Origin: Dudresnaya verticillata
Lineage: Eukaryota
Assembly: GCA_977862235.1 (NCBI GenBank)
Contig: OZ374565.1
Span: 310,001-374,000, forward strand
Direction of reading: 5' to 3'
DNA length: 64,000 nucleotides
Shown here: piece after piece, positions 11,105-22,775 of the stretch
Numbering within the stretch: the stretch's first letter is position 1
How the letters are laid out: each line of letters opens with the position of its first letter
The notes under the pieces: model-generated
The model's database searches: none
Seen by the model: only the letters and a program-made list of their open reading frames with translations
Told to the model about the DNA's origin: nothing
Program-made: the position numbers and the translations under genes

Positions 11105-14100
11105 CTAAGAACTAGGCTTCACACTCCAATGGACATAGTCGCGTGCCTGGTCCTTAACTAGAGCACGCTTCTCCTGGTCACCAAACTCTTTCTCAAAGTC
11201 CAACCACTTCTTGAAGACGAACTTCATCTTCTTCGAACTGAGTTCTAATGTCGTACATCTTTCGAACAGTTTCCTGGTTACTTCCACACTCTCAGTGTTT
11301 CCGCCTTCGAGGTCTCTTCTGCAGTAGCTTGTCTGCATTTCCAAGTAGATACTCCACAGATCTAACCTCTTTGGAAAGTTGCCGACCAGGGACTCAAAAA
11401 CTGTTCTACCACGTTCAGATGAGCCAAACTTGTACTCAAACTGCGCGAACTTGCATATGACAGCGACATGTTTTCGCTTCTCAAGGCTTTTCAATGCTTT
11501 CTCTAGGCATTGTCGGGCTCCGGAGATATTCCCAGAACTGAAGCGGGCGTTTCCAAGTGATATCCACACCTTCTTTGAACCTCTGAATCGGCGACTGGCT
11601 CTCCGAAGGACTTCATCGGCCAGGCCAGTGCTCGAGGAACGTAGCACAGCTGCAGCCTGCATGTGAAAGCCCTTCATATCAGTGACACGCGCGCACCCGC
11701 GATCGAATACGCGAAACACGGCGGCGCCTCTCTTCGGACCAAACGCATCCGTAACGGTATCGCTTGTGGAATTTGATGCTCCAAACTGAGCTTCCAAGTT
11801 CAAATAAGCAATCCATACATTCATTTGTCAGTTTCTTTTTGGAGACTTATCGTCTCCAGCGCTCGTTCGGCGATAGATCTCGCCTTGTTAACCTGAGATA
11901 GAGACCAACAAAAAGCCATGTATGGAATCCACAAAACCGATGAGTTCGGCTCTCCGACGAGTAGTCGTTCAAAATCCTCTGCTGTCTCGGGGGAGTCTAG
12001 GTTATTCGCAAGAGCCTCCTCGCGCATATTTTCGCTGTCTCTGTCGCCTCCTGTCGTTTTTCTCCCTTTTGTCCCGGGACTTGCGTTTTGTTTGCTCTCC
12101 ATGACCTTCGTTTTCACCCTCCAACTCTGGTTCCTCGTCTTTCTCTTCACGCTTTGTCGCCAGTTCGTCATCTTCGGCAAAGTTGAAGCCTTGTCGAACT
12201 CTAAGTGGGGCAATTTGAGATTTTCTTCGCCTTGAACAGTCGCTAGTTCGATGTCGCCACTCTCGACAGTACAGACATTAGCGCCGGAGCCCTCATCTGA
12301 GCCAGACGAACCCTCCAGTTCACTCTCTCTGTCATTGAATGGTTCGTCTCTGTCAGCATTGCTGTCTTCTCCATCCAAGATTCTCGGAACCATGTCAACA
12401 TCTTCAGCACTCCTTAAGGCTGCTTGACGAGAGTTTTGGTTACTCTCAATAAGGGCATTCATATGGTCTTCATCAAGGCCAGCGGCTTCGAAGTAACATG
12501 TTTTGGTGCCAACCTTAACACCCTTTTCATCGACTTTGATGACAATTGCGTTAACCGTCTGTCCTACACACCATTCCTCATTCGGGTTTTGAATGAAGCG
12601 ATCCTGATCTACCTCAATTTTGTGCAACAACGCAGTAACTTTTTTGGATAGTTCAAGCACCGCGCCATAGTTTCCTATGTGCTTGACAGTCCCCGTCACC
12701 TTGGTTCCCTCCTGCAAGTCTTTGACAGCTGAATTCTCTTTCAATTTCTTCGTTGGGCGCTTTCGCAAGATGAGTGGAATACGTATCTCCCCGTTGTTAC
12801 TCTTGGGTTTGCCGGCCCCCTTCAACAAGCATACCAACCAGAAATTATTCTTCCGGATCCTTGACATAGCCATCCGCGAGGTCACAAAGCAAAACCTGAG
12901 CAGATGCATTTCTTCCGACCGCTACAAAGTACCCTTTCTTGCTCACAACTCTAACAAACCCACGCATTTTCGCTCCCTCTTTGATCAACGGCATGGTGGC
13001 CTTCGTGACGAGTAGATCTCCACCGGAATCCGTGTCACTGGGTCTCACGGAAAGGCATATTGCCCCATCGGCTGAATCGGAATTCGAATCGAGCCCAACC
13101 TTCCGAACCCGAACGACGTCACCTTTCTGAACTGTTTGCATCTTCTGAGCGACCTCACCGAAGTTTACCGCCATGTCACACAGACCTACGGTTCCAAGGG
13201 CGATATTTTTCGCCGTAGCATCACGAGTGAACCACGGGATCTCCACTCGGAGCCCAACTCCTTGCATCACGGCTTGTACTATTCCGTGGAAGAACCCAGG
13301 GTCTTTGCCGTTCTCGGAGAGAGCGCCCCAAATCCGACCATTTTCTTTCTCCTCGACTTCGGTAACCATGCACACTACTTCAGATGCCACCTTTAAATCG
13401 ATAGGGTCCCCTTGGACCCGGCAGCTTACATCCATACAGCATATCGATGCAGACGCGTTCACTGCCACCCGCGTATACGACTGGGTGCGGTCCTCAGACT
13501 TGCCAGAATTAGATTTGCGTAGGCGGGACGACAAGTGGGTTACGAACCCTACCACTTTGCTCCCTTTCGCAATCGCGTGATGCCTCGCTCGTTCTTCTGA
13601 AAGGGAAAGTTCGACCACCACTGGGGTATTCTCTTCACCCTCGCACATGCGACGGCGAATCCCAGAAATGAAGGCATGTTCAACACGGCTTCCGTCCTTC
13701 GGTAGAACAAAACGAGTACTCAGATTGGCAGGGAGAACCCCAAGAGGCATCCCTAATGTTTCCTCCGGAGTGACAAAAGAATGATTGGTCCTGTGCAGAT
13801 GCCCTACAACACCGCGCGCAATCGCCACGAAGCTATGCAGCGGGAAAGTTCGATTTATCTTGCCTTTGATGTGTCTTCCTAGAACCTTCTGCTCCTCTAC
13901 TAAAGATTGTCGAAGCAGTGTCAACGTATCGCCAGTTCTGTCATCGTTGTGTTGGGTTACCTTTTGAGAATGTCGTTGCTGACTCGCCCGAAAACATTTT
14001 CAGTCAATCATAACCAAGTTGCTTCGTATTTCTGCCTTAACCTTGTCGAGCACTGTGCAACGCACAGACGCGCCGAGAGTAATTGACAGCTTGACTGATA

Positions 14101-17100
14101 CAGTGTAACGCCCTGCGCTATAAGCGCATCCTTCCGCTCTGCGAGAAAAGTAGAGAGCGTACTAGAACCTATCTGGTCTAGTTGTCTGTGAGCCGTTGGA
14201 GTAGCCCAGCACAGGGTGAAAGGTCGCAGGTTCGAGTCTCCGAGCGGGAGGCTCGAGCTCTTTTTCCTGACGCGACGCTGCGACTCCGAAACTCGCTACG
14301 ACAGGCGGACTTAGGGCGAAAGCAATAGCGCTCCTAGTCTTCGATCTAGCGACAGCTAGGATCAAGTAGGCACTCTTAACAAGCAGTATGGTTGCGCTGA
14401 ATGGGCTTCCTGCATTCAAAATGGACTTTCCCGCCCCTGCAACCACCTCTTCCTGTCTGGAAAGGAGGTCGATAACACCATAAAAGGGATCCACGTCCAA
14501 GACTCGGACGTTGTCTTCCTTTGATGCTTCACTGCGTTTGGTCTTCTCAGAAAATGCTGATTCTGTGCCGATGCAGGTAGCCAGAGGAAGAGCTTCATCT
14601 CTCATCGCTTCAGAGTCTGGCTGAGTGACATCAAGACATACACCGACTGCAGACTCACCAGCTGTCTGCAACTTGTAAATCACACCATAGCTGTGTTCTG
14701 CATGCACTCGCGCTTGCTCGATTCATCCAATTGCAAACCCCTTCAACACACCTGTCTTGCCAAGGAGGTCTTGCCATTTCTCCAGTGAGCTGAACAACGA
14801 CAAAGTGTCTGCCTCAAGACCAGAAAACCCCACATTGGAGAGTCGAAGGGATAATGAAAAACGCTGTTTCTTCTCGTCGATATTGTCCACCACAGCTGCC
14901 ACACTATTGTGAATCTGCAAAGCTCTAGAAGGGTCACTTAAAAAATGGTCGGCAATGCGAGAGATACGGGTGAAACCTAACGAATCCCCAAGGAACGCAA
15001 CTATCGCCCCAGTACCCAACAGCGCCTTAAGGTAGCCACGCAAAACTGGCTTCTGCTGATCGGTTGTCGTCCTTTCAACAATGCGCTTCACATCATTACA
15101 AGATTTTGGCAATAACCCTTGTGCTGAAGCGGTCTTCAGGCTTGGTTTGAGGGTAAGAACAGGCCTGTCTTCCGAAACAGAAAGGACCATCAGGTCTGAC
15201 AAAGTGATAGGAGAACCTCTTTCTCCTTTCTGGGCTTTGCCAAGAAGGCTTAGAACTTCCTTGACTAGTTGCGGGGCAATCCCGGGGACGTCTGCAATAT
15301 GTCCAAACGGCAGGTAGCATTCCACACTGCCGTTAGAGCTTCCCGATTTTCCTTGCTCGGTGGCCTGGTCTTGAGGCCCACCCTTTGCGGCTGTGGTAAC
15401 AGAATTAGATGGTACCTGTACCGACACTATGAAATGTTTCGCTTGCTCATCTGCAGAGGTGATGTGGCCACCTACAACCTGACCCAGGCTAAGGGTCTTT
15501 TGTTGCAGAAGAGCCTGAAGCACCACGCAAATCCATAGAGATAGTGATGCGCCTTCGCGGAGAGTCAATCTTAGTTAGTTTGACAAACACTGTCTGTCCG
15601 ACAGGGTATACTTCTTTGATATCTGCCAACTGCTCAGCTTGAGTCTTGTTCGTGTCAATGCAAAGCTCGCGAATTGGTGAAAGACCTGCCATGTCTTCAC
15701 AAAAGCAACAAGAACAGACCCGAAATCCAACACTTTGATAACAGATCCCGTGAAAATGCCTTTGGTCGATCAGGTTCAACCAAGTCATCTTCGGATGATC
15801 TCCTTTTGCTAACGACAAGCGACTTCTCGGCCTGCTCGAAGGGAGTAAGAAGTGGATACTTCGGGGAAAATAGGGACTTCTTCGCAGATAAATAGGTCTT
15901 TCCCCTTCCCACGTCGATACCAATGGCTCTGCAACGTATCGTTGCTCCTATCCGCAAATTCTCCAGCATGGCCATTCGCTTCGGGGTCATCGGTACAATA
16001 GAAAGGTGTGCTGCTTGGGTAATACCAAGCAGGTGCGAGTCACCAGCCACAGCTACCGTAACGGCACCCATCGTGGTGTGACTCATCACCTTGCAATCAT
16101 ACAAAGCGCCGACCTCAATCTCCTCAATGGAAAGAGATTTGCGTGCCAGAATACTTCGTCGGAGGACGATGTTAACAAGCCCATCGAATCGTGGCACCGA
16201 AATAACCCTCGCACCATCTTCAACGATCATGCCGGGGTGGTACCTTGATTCGAGTTTGACATCTTTCGAGTCTGAAACTCTGCTTATGTGAGCAAACACT
16301 GGTACAGTACGTGCATTCCAATATTATCCCCAGCGAATTTGGCAGTGTCTTCATCTTTAAGAGTTTCTTCTGCTCCTTCCGCACCGACATAGCTCATTAT
16401 GAGGCCAGACCCGGGTTTCACTCTTTCGACTTTCAGCCGTTTCATGAAACTGCCTATCTTCCACGACTGCGGCACTTCCCGAGGGCGTAGTTCGTCGACC
16501 AGCGAAGGTAGCAGTGAAGAGGCAATGCGCTTCTGCGAGGGGTCCACGTAGAAAATCCGCGCCGTTACCAGCTTGCCGACGTCAACATCCCATGTCCCAT
16601 CCGCCCTTCGCGGAACATGGGACGCATCAACAGACAACTTGGACACCGAAAACGCAGTCAAGGCAACCCCCCAGGACCCTCCTTAACGACGCGTGCGGGA
16701 ACTACCATACCGGCGGTGAGCTCACTGTACGTAAGCCCAGCGGTATCTTCAACGCACGCCTTGATAACCTTCTTCTTCAGTTCCGACACATTGACGACCA
16801 CGGGCAACACTGGACCGTTCTTCCGTTTCTTCTTCCGAGATACATCCGCTTCCACAACAACTTCCACCGGACTACCCATGCGCAATTCCCCCTCGCTCTC
16901 GTCGAACGGAAGAAAGGCCGTGTGCGGCACACCAGACCCGAACGTCAATACATAACCATGGTCCTCAACCGAGCGCACAACTGCGTACAGCGGGGACCCG
17001 CGGCGCGTGACGCGCTTTTCGGACAGGCCGGCATTAACGAGCCCCGGATTCATGGAAACAGTCAGGGCGCGCTTTCCATGGGCATTATGCTCGTTCGAAA

Positions 17101-17150
17101 CAACAGCCACACGCACAGTCTCCCCCGTGCTGACCGCCTCGCATAGGGCG
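11105..17150 (-). pseudogene. RRP5: rRNA biogenesis protein RRP5/PDCD11, multiply frameshifted and apparently 5'-truncated
   Basis: Successive S1-domain fragments, then C-terminal HAT/TPR motifs EDFERLL..PNSSVLWI.YMAF, NVWIAYLNLE, ERGRTVFE..PKRLDLW and KKMKFVFKKWLDFEK, spread over at least 8 ORFs. Confidence 0.9.
14166..14265 (+). other. Possible tRNA-derived/SINE-like insert inside the RRP5 pseudogene
   Basis: A-box-like TGGTCTAGTTG (14174), B-box-like GGTTCGAGTC (14229) and TTTTT (14261). Coincides with loss of the RRP5-like reading frame. Confidence 0.35.
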
Positions 17151-17555
17151 AAGTGGACTGCGCAGAGAATTCTGTTCGGGTGACTACTGCGAGGAGAGTG
17201 ACACCGGGGGCAAGATGGGAGTGTCTCAGCGAGAGGCCGGTGCGGGTTACAGGGAGCGGCGGGTCTGCGTGGTCCGCGGACGGATTTCGTCGTGCGCGTC
17301 GGGCGCGTACGCTTGGACAGAGGTCGCCTTCGGACGAGGGCCTCGGTGCTGGCTTGTTGCGTGATGGCGCCATGTCGTCTCGGACGGGCGCGGGTTGAGG
17401 GCGTTGGGGGCGTCTGGGGGGTGAGCACACGGTTGGCAGTTGGGGGGGAGCAGGAGAGGATATGGTCGGATCAAAAAGCTGAAGGACGGCGAGACCCAAG
17501 CGAGAAGTGGGCAAACAACCCCAGTGGGGAAAAACCTTGAAAAATGTAGAACCGT

Positions 17556-17626
17556 CGTACCTGTCGGGAGTCGAACCCGGTTTCCGGAAATCAACGACAG
17601 CGCCGAAACCACTGTGCCACACGTCC
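17556..17626 (-). pseudogene. tRNA pseudogene or tRNA-derived SINE head
   Basis: Minus strand GGACGTG TGGCACAGTGG ... CCGGGTTCGACTCCCGA CAGGTACG: A box, B box, T-arm, 71 nt long, T5 terminator about 11 nt downstream. Acceptor and anticodon stems are mispaired. Confidence 0.6.
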
Positions 17627-18121
17627 GCCTCCGCGCGCGTATATGGGGCCGACGCGCCGGCGGTGGCGGAGACGATGTGATATGATTGAAATTACAGAGA
17701 GACTTGGCTTACACGATCTTGCGTGTTTAGCGGTGACTGGTTTCATTGCCGGTCCAATGATGTCCGTGTGTGTCGACTGACAAGATACACGGCAGGTCGG
17801 TTGCCCTTCGCCCTTCTCATGATGTCAACAACTACGACTAAGCCTCAGCAACCTCTCGTTAGTTTCATGCAGTGCAGCAATTCAAACATGCAGTCCCTAA
17901 CGTACACAGTGCGGTTCCAGAAAGCACATCATCGGAGCAGTAGTCCCACAATGAAAATGACTGGCACAACAAAGGAAATTTATTACGTGTAAAAGAGAAA
18001 TGGTGAAGATAAATTCTTCACGCTTACTTCAAAAGGAGCCCTACAAAGCTCCGAGAGTTGGGCTTCCTTAGACCCGTGCGAAAGGTGAAAACCCGCCGAT
18101 TGTTCGATATCCATAACCTTG

Positions 18122-20188
18122 TTAAGCAAGCTTGAATACCACGCAGTAATTAGGAGAGTTCGAAGTTCCTCGGACACGGAAAATAACTTTCAGGCACTTC
18201 CTGTCAATCCTCTCGAACGGCCGCGGGTCAAAACGATTCGGCACAACCGCGTACTGCCCATAGCGGGAAGATGCCGCAAATAGCTTCCCTTTCGCTCGAG
18301 TCTCCTGGCCATTGGGTTTCACAAATACAGTGCGCAATATTGCAGAGCGCAACACCCCGGGATGCCTCCCATCGAGCAAGTTCACAACAGGCGGTGTGAA
18401 CTTCTTCTTGAATATCGGCTCACCAGGAATCAGAAACGCTGGAATCCCAGTCGGGAATGTATGGAATCGCAGCAAGCAGTGGTAGCTTGCGCTTCTACAT
18501 GCGTCTTTAAGCGGTGCGGGTGTTGGGGCAGCAGCTCCCAAACAAAGATCTCCAGCCAACTTATTCACTTGCGAAGAGAGCACTGCGAATGAAGGTGCAC
18601 GCAGAGCGAAGCTGGGACTTGATGCCAGATCTTCTAGGTACTTTCCGGCCACTCCGTTTCCAATTCCGACAGTAAGAATTGCTATTCCGTGGCTCTTCAC
18701 TGACGCTGATATATTGGTTACCCGAGGAACGGCATTGTCCCTTCCGTCTGTTACCACGACGAGAAGTTTCGTCCCTTTCCTTGGGTGCAGATCATTGAAG
18801 CATGCCTGAACACCAGCAAACATGTTCGTGTATCCAATCGTCCCCTTCAGAGCTGTGATAGCAGGCATGAACTGTTGCAATCTCTGCATAGTCATAGTGC
18901 GGACCGATTTCGCCCGAATATTGAAGGTGTGAGCAGAGTAATAAGCCATAGGACTCCTCAAGGCGACCTGCCTGGAGGTTTCCCGCACAAATTCCTTCTC
19001 CATTTCAAGTTCAGCGGCGCTCATCGATCGACTGTTGTCAATTGCGAAACAAACGTTGTCGACAGGGCAAGGCGTCGGTGATGGCGACACAGATGGGGTG
19101 ACAGAGGTTGATGGGGTGGCAGAGGTTGATGGGGTGGCAGAGGTTGATGGAGTCGGTGATGGCGACCCAGATGGGGTGACAGAGGTTGATGGGGTGGCAG
19201 AGGTTGATGGAGTCGGTGATGGCGACCCAGATGGGATGACCGAGGTTGATGGGGTGACAGACGTTGATGGAGTCGGTGATGGCGACCCAGATGGGATGAC
19301 AGAGGTTGATGGGGTGACAGACGTTGATGGAGTCGGTGATGGCGACCCAGATGGGATGACAGAGGTTGATGGGGTGGCAGACGTTGATGGAGTCGGTGAT
19401 GGCGACCCAGATGGGGTGACAGAGGTTGATGGGGTGGCAGAGGTTGATGAAGTCGGTGATGGCGATACAGATGGGGTGGCAGCGGTTGATGAAGTGGGTG
19501 AGGCAGTTGGTGTAATTGTAGGCGTAGGGCTTGTTGTCGGGCAGGGAGAAGTCATCGAGACTTGGCACGAAGCCTTCGTAGCTTGTTGAATGACAGAAGC
19601 CAAGTTTCCGAACCTTGCGTTGATGTAGAATGCCGGACTGCTGGCAACTTGTTTCAGAAAGGCTTCGCTTATGCCACTGCCGATGCCTATTGTGACAATG
19701 GCAATACCATTCCTAGTCTTCAAGGAATTGGCAAAAGATCGGGTTGACGAAGGATTCCTATCAACTCCATCAGTCAGGACCACAACCACACGGTTTCCGG
19801 CTGTTCCAACAAGCGACCTACAGACTGCTAAGCCACTCGCAATGTTCGTTCCTCCAGCGGTTTGGGTTGTGCTCTGGATTGCATTCTTGAAACTGGAAAT
19901 GCTTGAGGTACTAGTAGACACCGTGCGAGCACCATTTGAAAAAGAAGCTGCGCTGTACCTAACAATTGCCCCTGGGTTTGCAGCAGCAACAGCATCAGCG
20001 AACGATGAAACAAAGCCCTTCTGCTCTAGAAATTGGGGGGAAGTGATCGATCCACTCTCATCCAATGCGAAACACACATGTTGAATGGAACAAGTCGTTG
20101 TCCCCGTTCCGCATGGCGGCGGAGATGCAGCTTTTGCGCTGGAAATGATTCCAAGCAAAACACAGAGCAAAGAAAAGAACGTCTTCAT
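18122..20188 (-). CDS. Secreted protein with two von Willebrand A domains separated by a Ser/Thr/Pro mucin-like linker (688 aa)
   Basis: Signal peptide MKTFFSLLCVLLGII, MIDAS motifs FALDESGS...TN...LTDG and FAIDNSRS...TN...VTDG, and a TPSTS/PSGSPSP repeat linker. The ORF is intact. Confidence 0.92.
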   Translation of the reverse strand: MKTFFSLLCVLLGIISSAKAASPPPCGTGTTTCSIQHVCFALDESGSITSPQFLEQKGFVSSFADAVAAANPGAIVRYSAASFSNGARTVSTSTSSISSFKNAIQSTTQTAGGTNIASGLAVCRSLVGTAGNRVVVVLTDGVDRNPSSTRSFANSLKTRNGIAIVTIGIGSGISEAFLKQVASSPAFYINARFGNLASVIQQATKASCQVSMTSPCPTTSPTPTITPTASPTSSTAATPSVSPSPTSSTSATPSTSVTPSGSPSPTPSTSATPSTSVIPSGSPSPTPSTSVTPSTSVIPSGSPSPTPSTSVTPSTSVIPSGSPSPTPSTSATPSTSVTPSGSPSPTPSTSATPSTSATPSTSVTPSVSPSPTPCPVDNVCFAIDNSRSMSAAELEMEKEFVRETSRQVALRSPMAYYSAHTFNIRAKSVRTMTMQRLQQFMPAITALKGTIGYTNMFAGVQACFNDLHPRKGTKLLVVVTDGRDNAVPRVTNISASVKSHGIAILTVGIGNGVAGKYLEDLASSPSFALRAPSFAVLSSQVNKLAGDLCLGAAAPTPAPLKDACRSASYHCLLRFHTFPTGIPAFLIPGEPIFKKKFTPPVVNLLDGRHPGVLRSAILRTVFVKPNGQETRAKGKLFAASSRYGQYAVVPNRFDPRPFERIDRKCLKVIFRVRGTSNSPNYCVVFKLA
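19072..19500. repeat. Coding minisatellite (60-bp unit built from 18/24-bp subunits) in the vWA gene linker
   Basis: aggttgatggagtcggtgatggcgacccagatggg recurs every 60 nt. The array is 318 bp shorter in copy 2. Confidence 0.95.
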
Positions 20189-22775
20189 GCTACCTCTTAA
20201 ACAGATGGAGAGGTTGCGCTTACGAATTAAATCCCAGAAACGAAGCCAACACTCTGTGTGTCGGCCGATAACAGTCTGAACACTTTCCCTGAAGCCAGAG
20301 CCCCTTGAGTTCAGAAGGGTCTTAGTCTTATATACTGTCTTATTTGAAAGACTTCCCTGATATCTTAGATGTTACGTCGGAGCAGAAGTTTTCACCATCT
20401 ATCGACACATTCAAGACGATAGGTTTATACCGACCACGGGTTTATTTAAAATGTTTATGTACCTAGTCAATCGCCAACGATTTCCTGCTTATTGCAGGTT
20501 TTTCTTAATAGAAGAAACAATGCCAATCGACTAGCGTTCTGCTTGTAACGTCGCCATGCCCCCCTCTGATGCAGGAAACTTGTTCGAAACTGTGAAGTGC
20601 TGCACAGTAAGGCACAGGAAGGTACGTAAAAGCAGCAAATCTACAAAAAATGGTGCCTAGTCTTCCCATGGATTCAGAGAGGTCATTAGATAGACATCTG
20701 CGGGGAAGAGTAAGAAGGACATCCAAGTCTGTATAATAAATTGGCAAAACTGGCAATGCCGTAGTCCATAATTTAGGAAGCTCTTCGAAATGGTGAGGCA
20801 CTGTTATGCATGCACTACATTTACAGGATGTGTAGAATATATAAGAAAGAACGCGGTCGTGGTGCATGAGATAACTCACAAACCTTATTGAAAATGCACA
20901 TTTTACACAATGAGCCTCCAGAGAGACTGGTCACTGAACCAGACTCGTTCATTACTGCAGGGAGGGTCGATGTAGAAAGCGAGAGACCGCGTTGGGGTAT
21001 CTGCCTGATTGTAGCGCGGCATTGCTCACCATCTGTCACAGAGTACAGTACGTCACTATCGCGAGCGCTGATTATTATATCCCGATTTTTTCTGCAATAA
21101 GTATTAAACGTGTTAGAATCCAGAAATGCATCTTTCGCTGCCTGTGGAACAGCAGTACCAAGAGGCAGTCAATCCGATGCATGGCGCTTATGTACAAAAT
21201 GGCACCTCTGATTAAACTGGTAGAAGGCGTTTCTGCTGGGTATATACGTCACTTGCGGCGTAACAGAACTGCATTACCGCACAAATTGAAACCCGAACGG
21301 CGGGGCCTTAAAATAGCTGCTTCAGTACTCCTCGAGATTCATCGACATGACCTATTGCAAACGGAGACCTGATTACAAAACAAGAAAAAAACAACAGGAG
21401 ACTCAACAGGGGCGGGCTCACCCGTCCCCTGTAATTTCATTATTGTATTGAGAGAGACCTTTATTAAAGAACAAGAGTTTATTGTACTGTGTAATCGGCA
21501 GGGGGTCTTCCTAGGACACATCTCTTTTCGCACATAAGCCCATCAATCGACCGTGTGAACGTTAAACAACAAATAAAATACAACAACACATAGAAATTGC
21601 TCTTGTTGCGAAACCAATCGACAGTTTTATAAAATGCTCACCCTTTTCTGCAACATGTCGTTTTAATTCTAATATTATTGCAATCTGTGTCGTTCTGTTG
21701 TCTACACTGCAGGATCGCGTGCTACGGCGTCGGTGGCGTCGAGAGCGGCGCGGCGCATTGTGCGCGGCGCGCGTGAGCGGGGCCGGCGGGGCGAAGGCCG
21801 CGCGCGAGCGACTCGCCGCCATGGTTGCTCGCGGTCGGACGGGGGGAGGGGGCGGGGGGGACGCGCGAGCTGAGCTCGGCACGACGGGCGCGGCGCGAGG
21901 CTGATCTGCGCGTTGGGGCGGGGAGTGAGAGCTCGCGGCGCGGCATCGGCACGAACGGCGCCGCTGCGGTGCGCGGCGCGCGCGCATTGGTCGAGGCGCG
22001 GGGCGATTGGAGTGTTTCTGTGAAGGGTTCTCGCTGCCGCGTTGCACACGTGTATCGAGCGTTTCTTGTGTGACCTGCCATGAAGGCTTCATTGCAGGCA
22101 TCGCGCAGACGCTCCTTGTGCCCACTATGCACTACCACTCTCACAATCCGCGCAAGGTCCGGAATGCTGCAAAGTAGACCTCCGGAAGCATTCCCTCACT
22201 TACAAAACACCGGCACCCTCCGCGGCACCGCCTTCCTTTCGTTCACAGCACTTTCGATACCACCCCAATTCCACTTTTGTTAGTCGACAACTTCGCGTGC
22301 TTCCATGCTCCTCATTCCGCAGCCTGCTCAACCTAGTTCTATCACTCGGATCGACCATCTCATTCTTCAAACGTTCACCGAGGCAATAAAGTTGACAAAT
22401 TCTCTCGAGTTCCTATTTTCAATACTACCCATGGGAAGCAAAACAATATCACTCCCATAAAGAGAGTCGCGAGATTTAGCTTTGCACCGCAGTAACCGTA
22501 GGCCCCTTCATTGTTCAATGCCAATTAACTCCAACAAAGGGCATGATGACCAACCTTAGTGGTCTTTCCATCATTTCCATTCAGAAAAATCCATACCATA
22601 AGAATCCCCTCGACAGAGCTGCTCGCTCCCTTGTGCTTGTGCTACCTCATATCAACTCCCCATCCGATCCGACCCTGTAGCAACCTCCAACGTTTCCCGC
22701 ATGTTCCTCGGCTGCAAGGGCTCGTCACTGAAAAAAGAAACGGACTACCTTGCTTGACATAACTCTGCATCGATA

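Noticed and set aside
19035..19589. Plus-strand DGVTEV-repeat ORF
   Set aside because: Antisense shadow of the vWA linker repeat.
21405..21515. Hairpin acaggggcggg-ctca-cccgtcccctgt and downstream CTAG as a Helitron 3' end
   Set aside because: The hairpin is about 80 nt from the CTAG and the next base is not T. No 5' end identified.
21562..22144. Arg/Ala/Pro-rich ORFs in a GC island
   Set aside because: Open in several frames because of extreme GC. No domain, and no clear TIR or TSD found.
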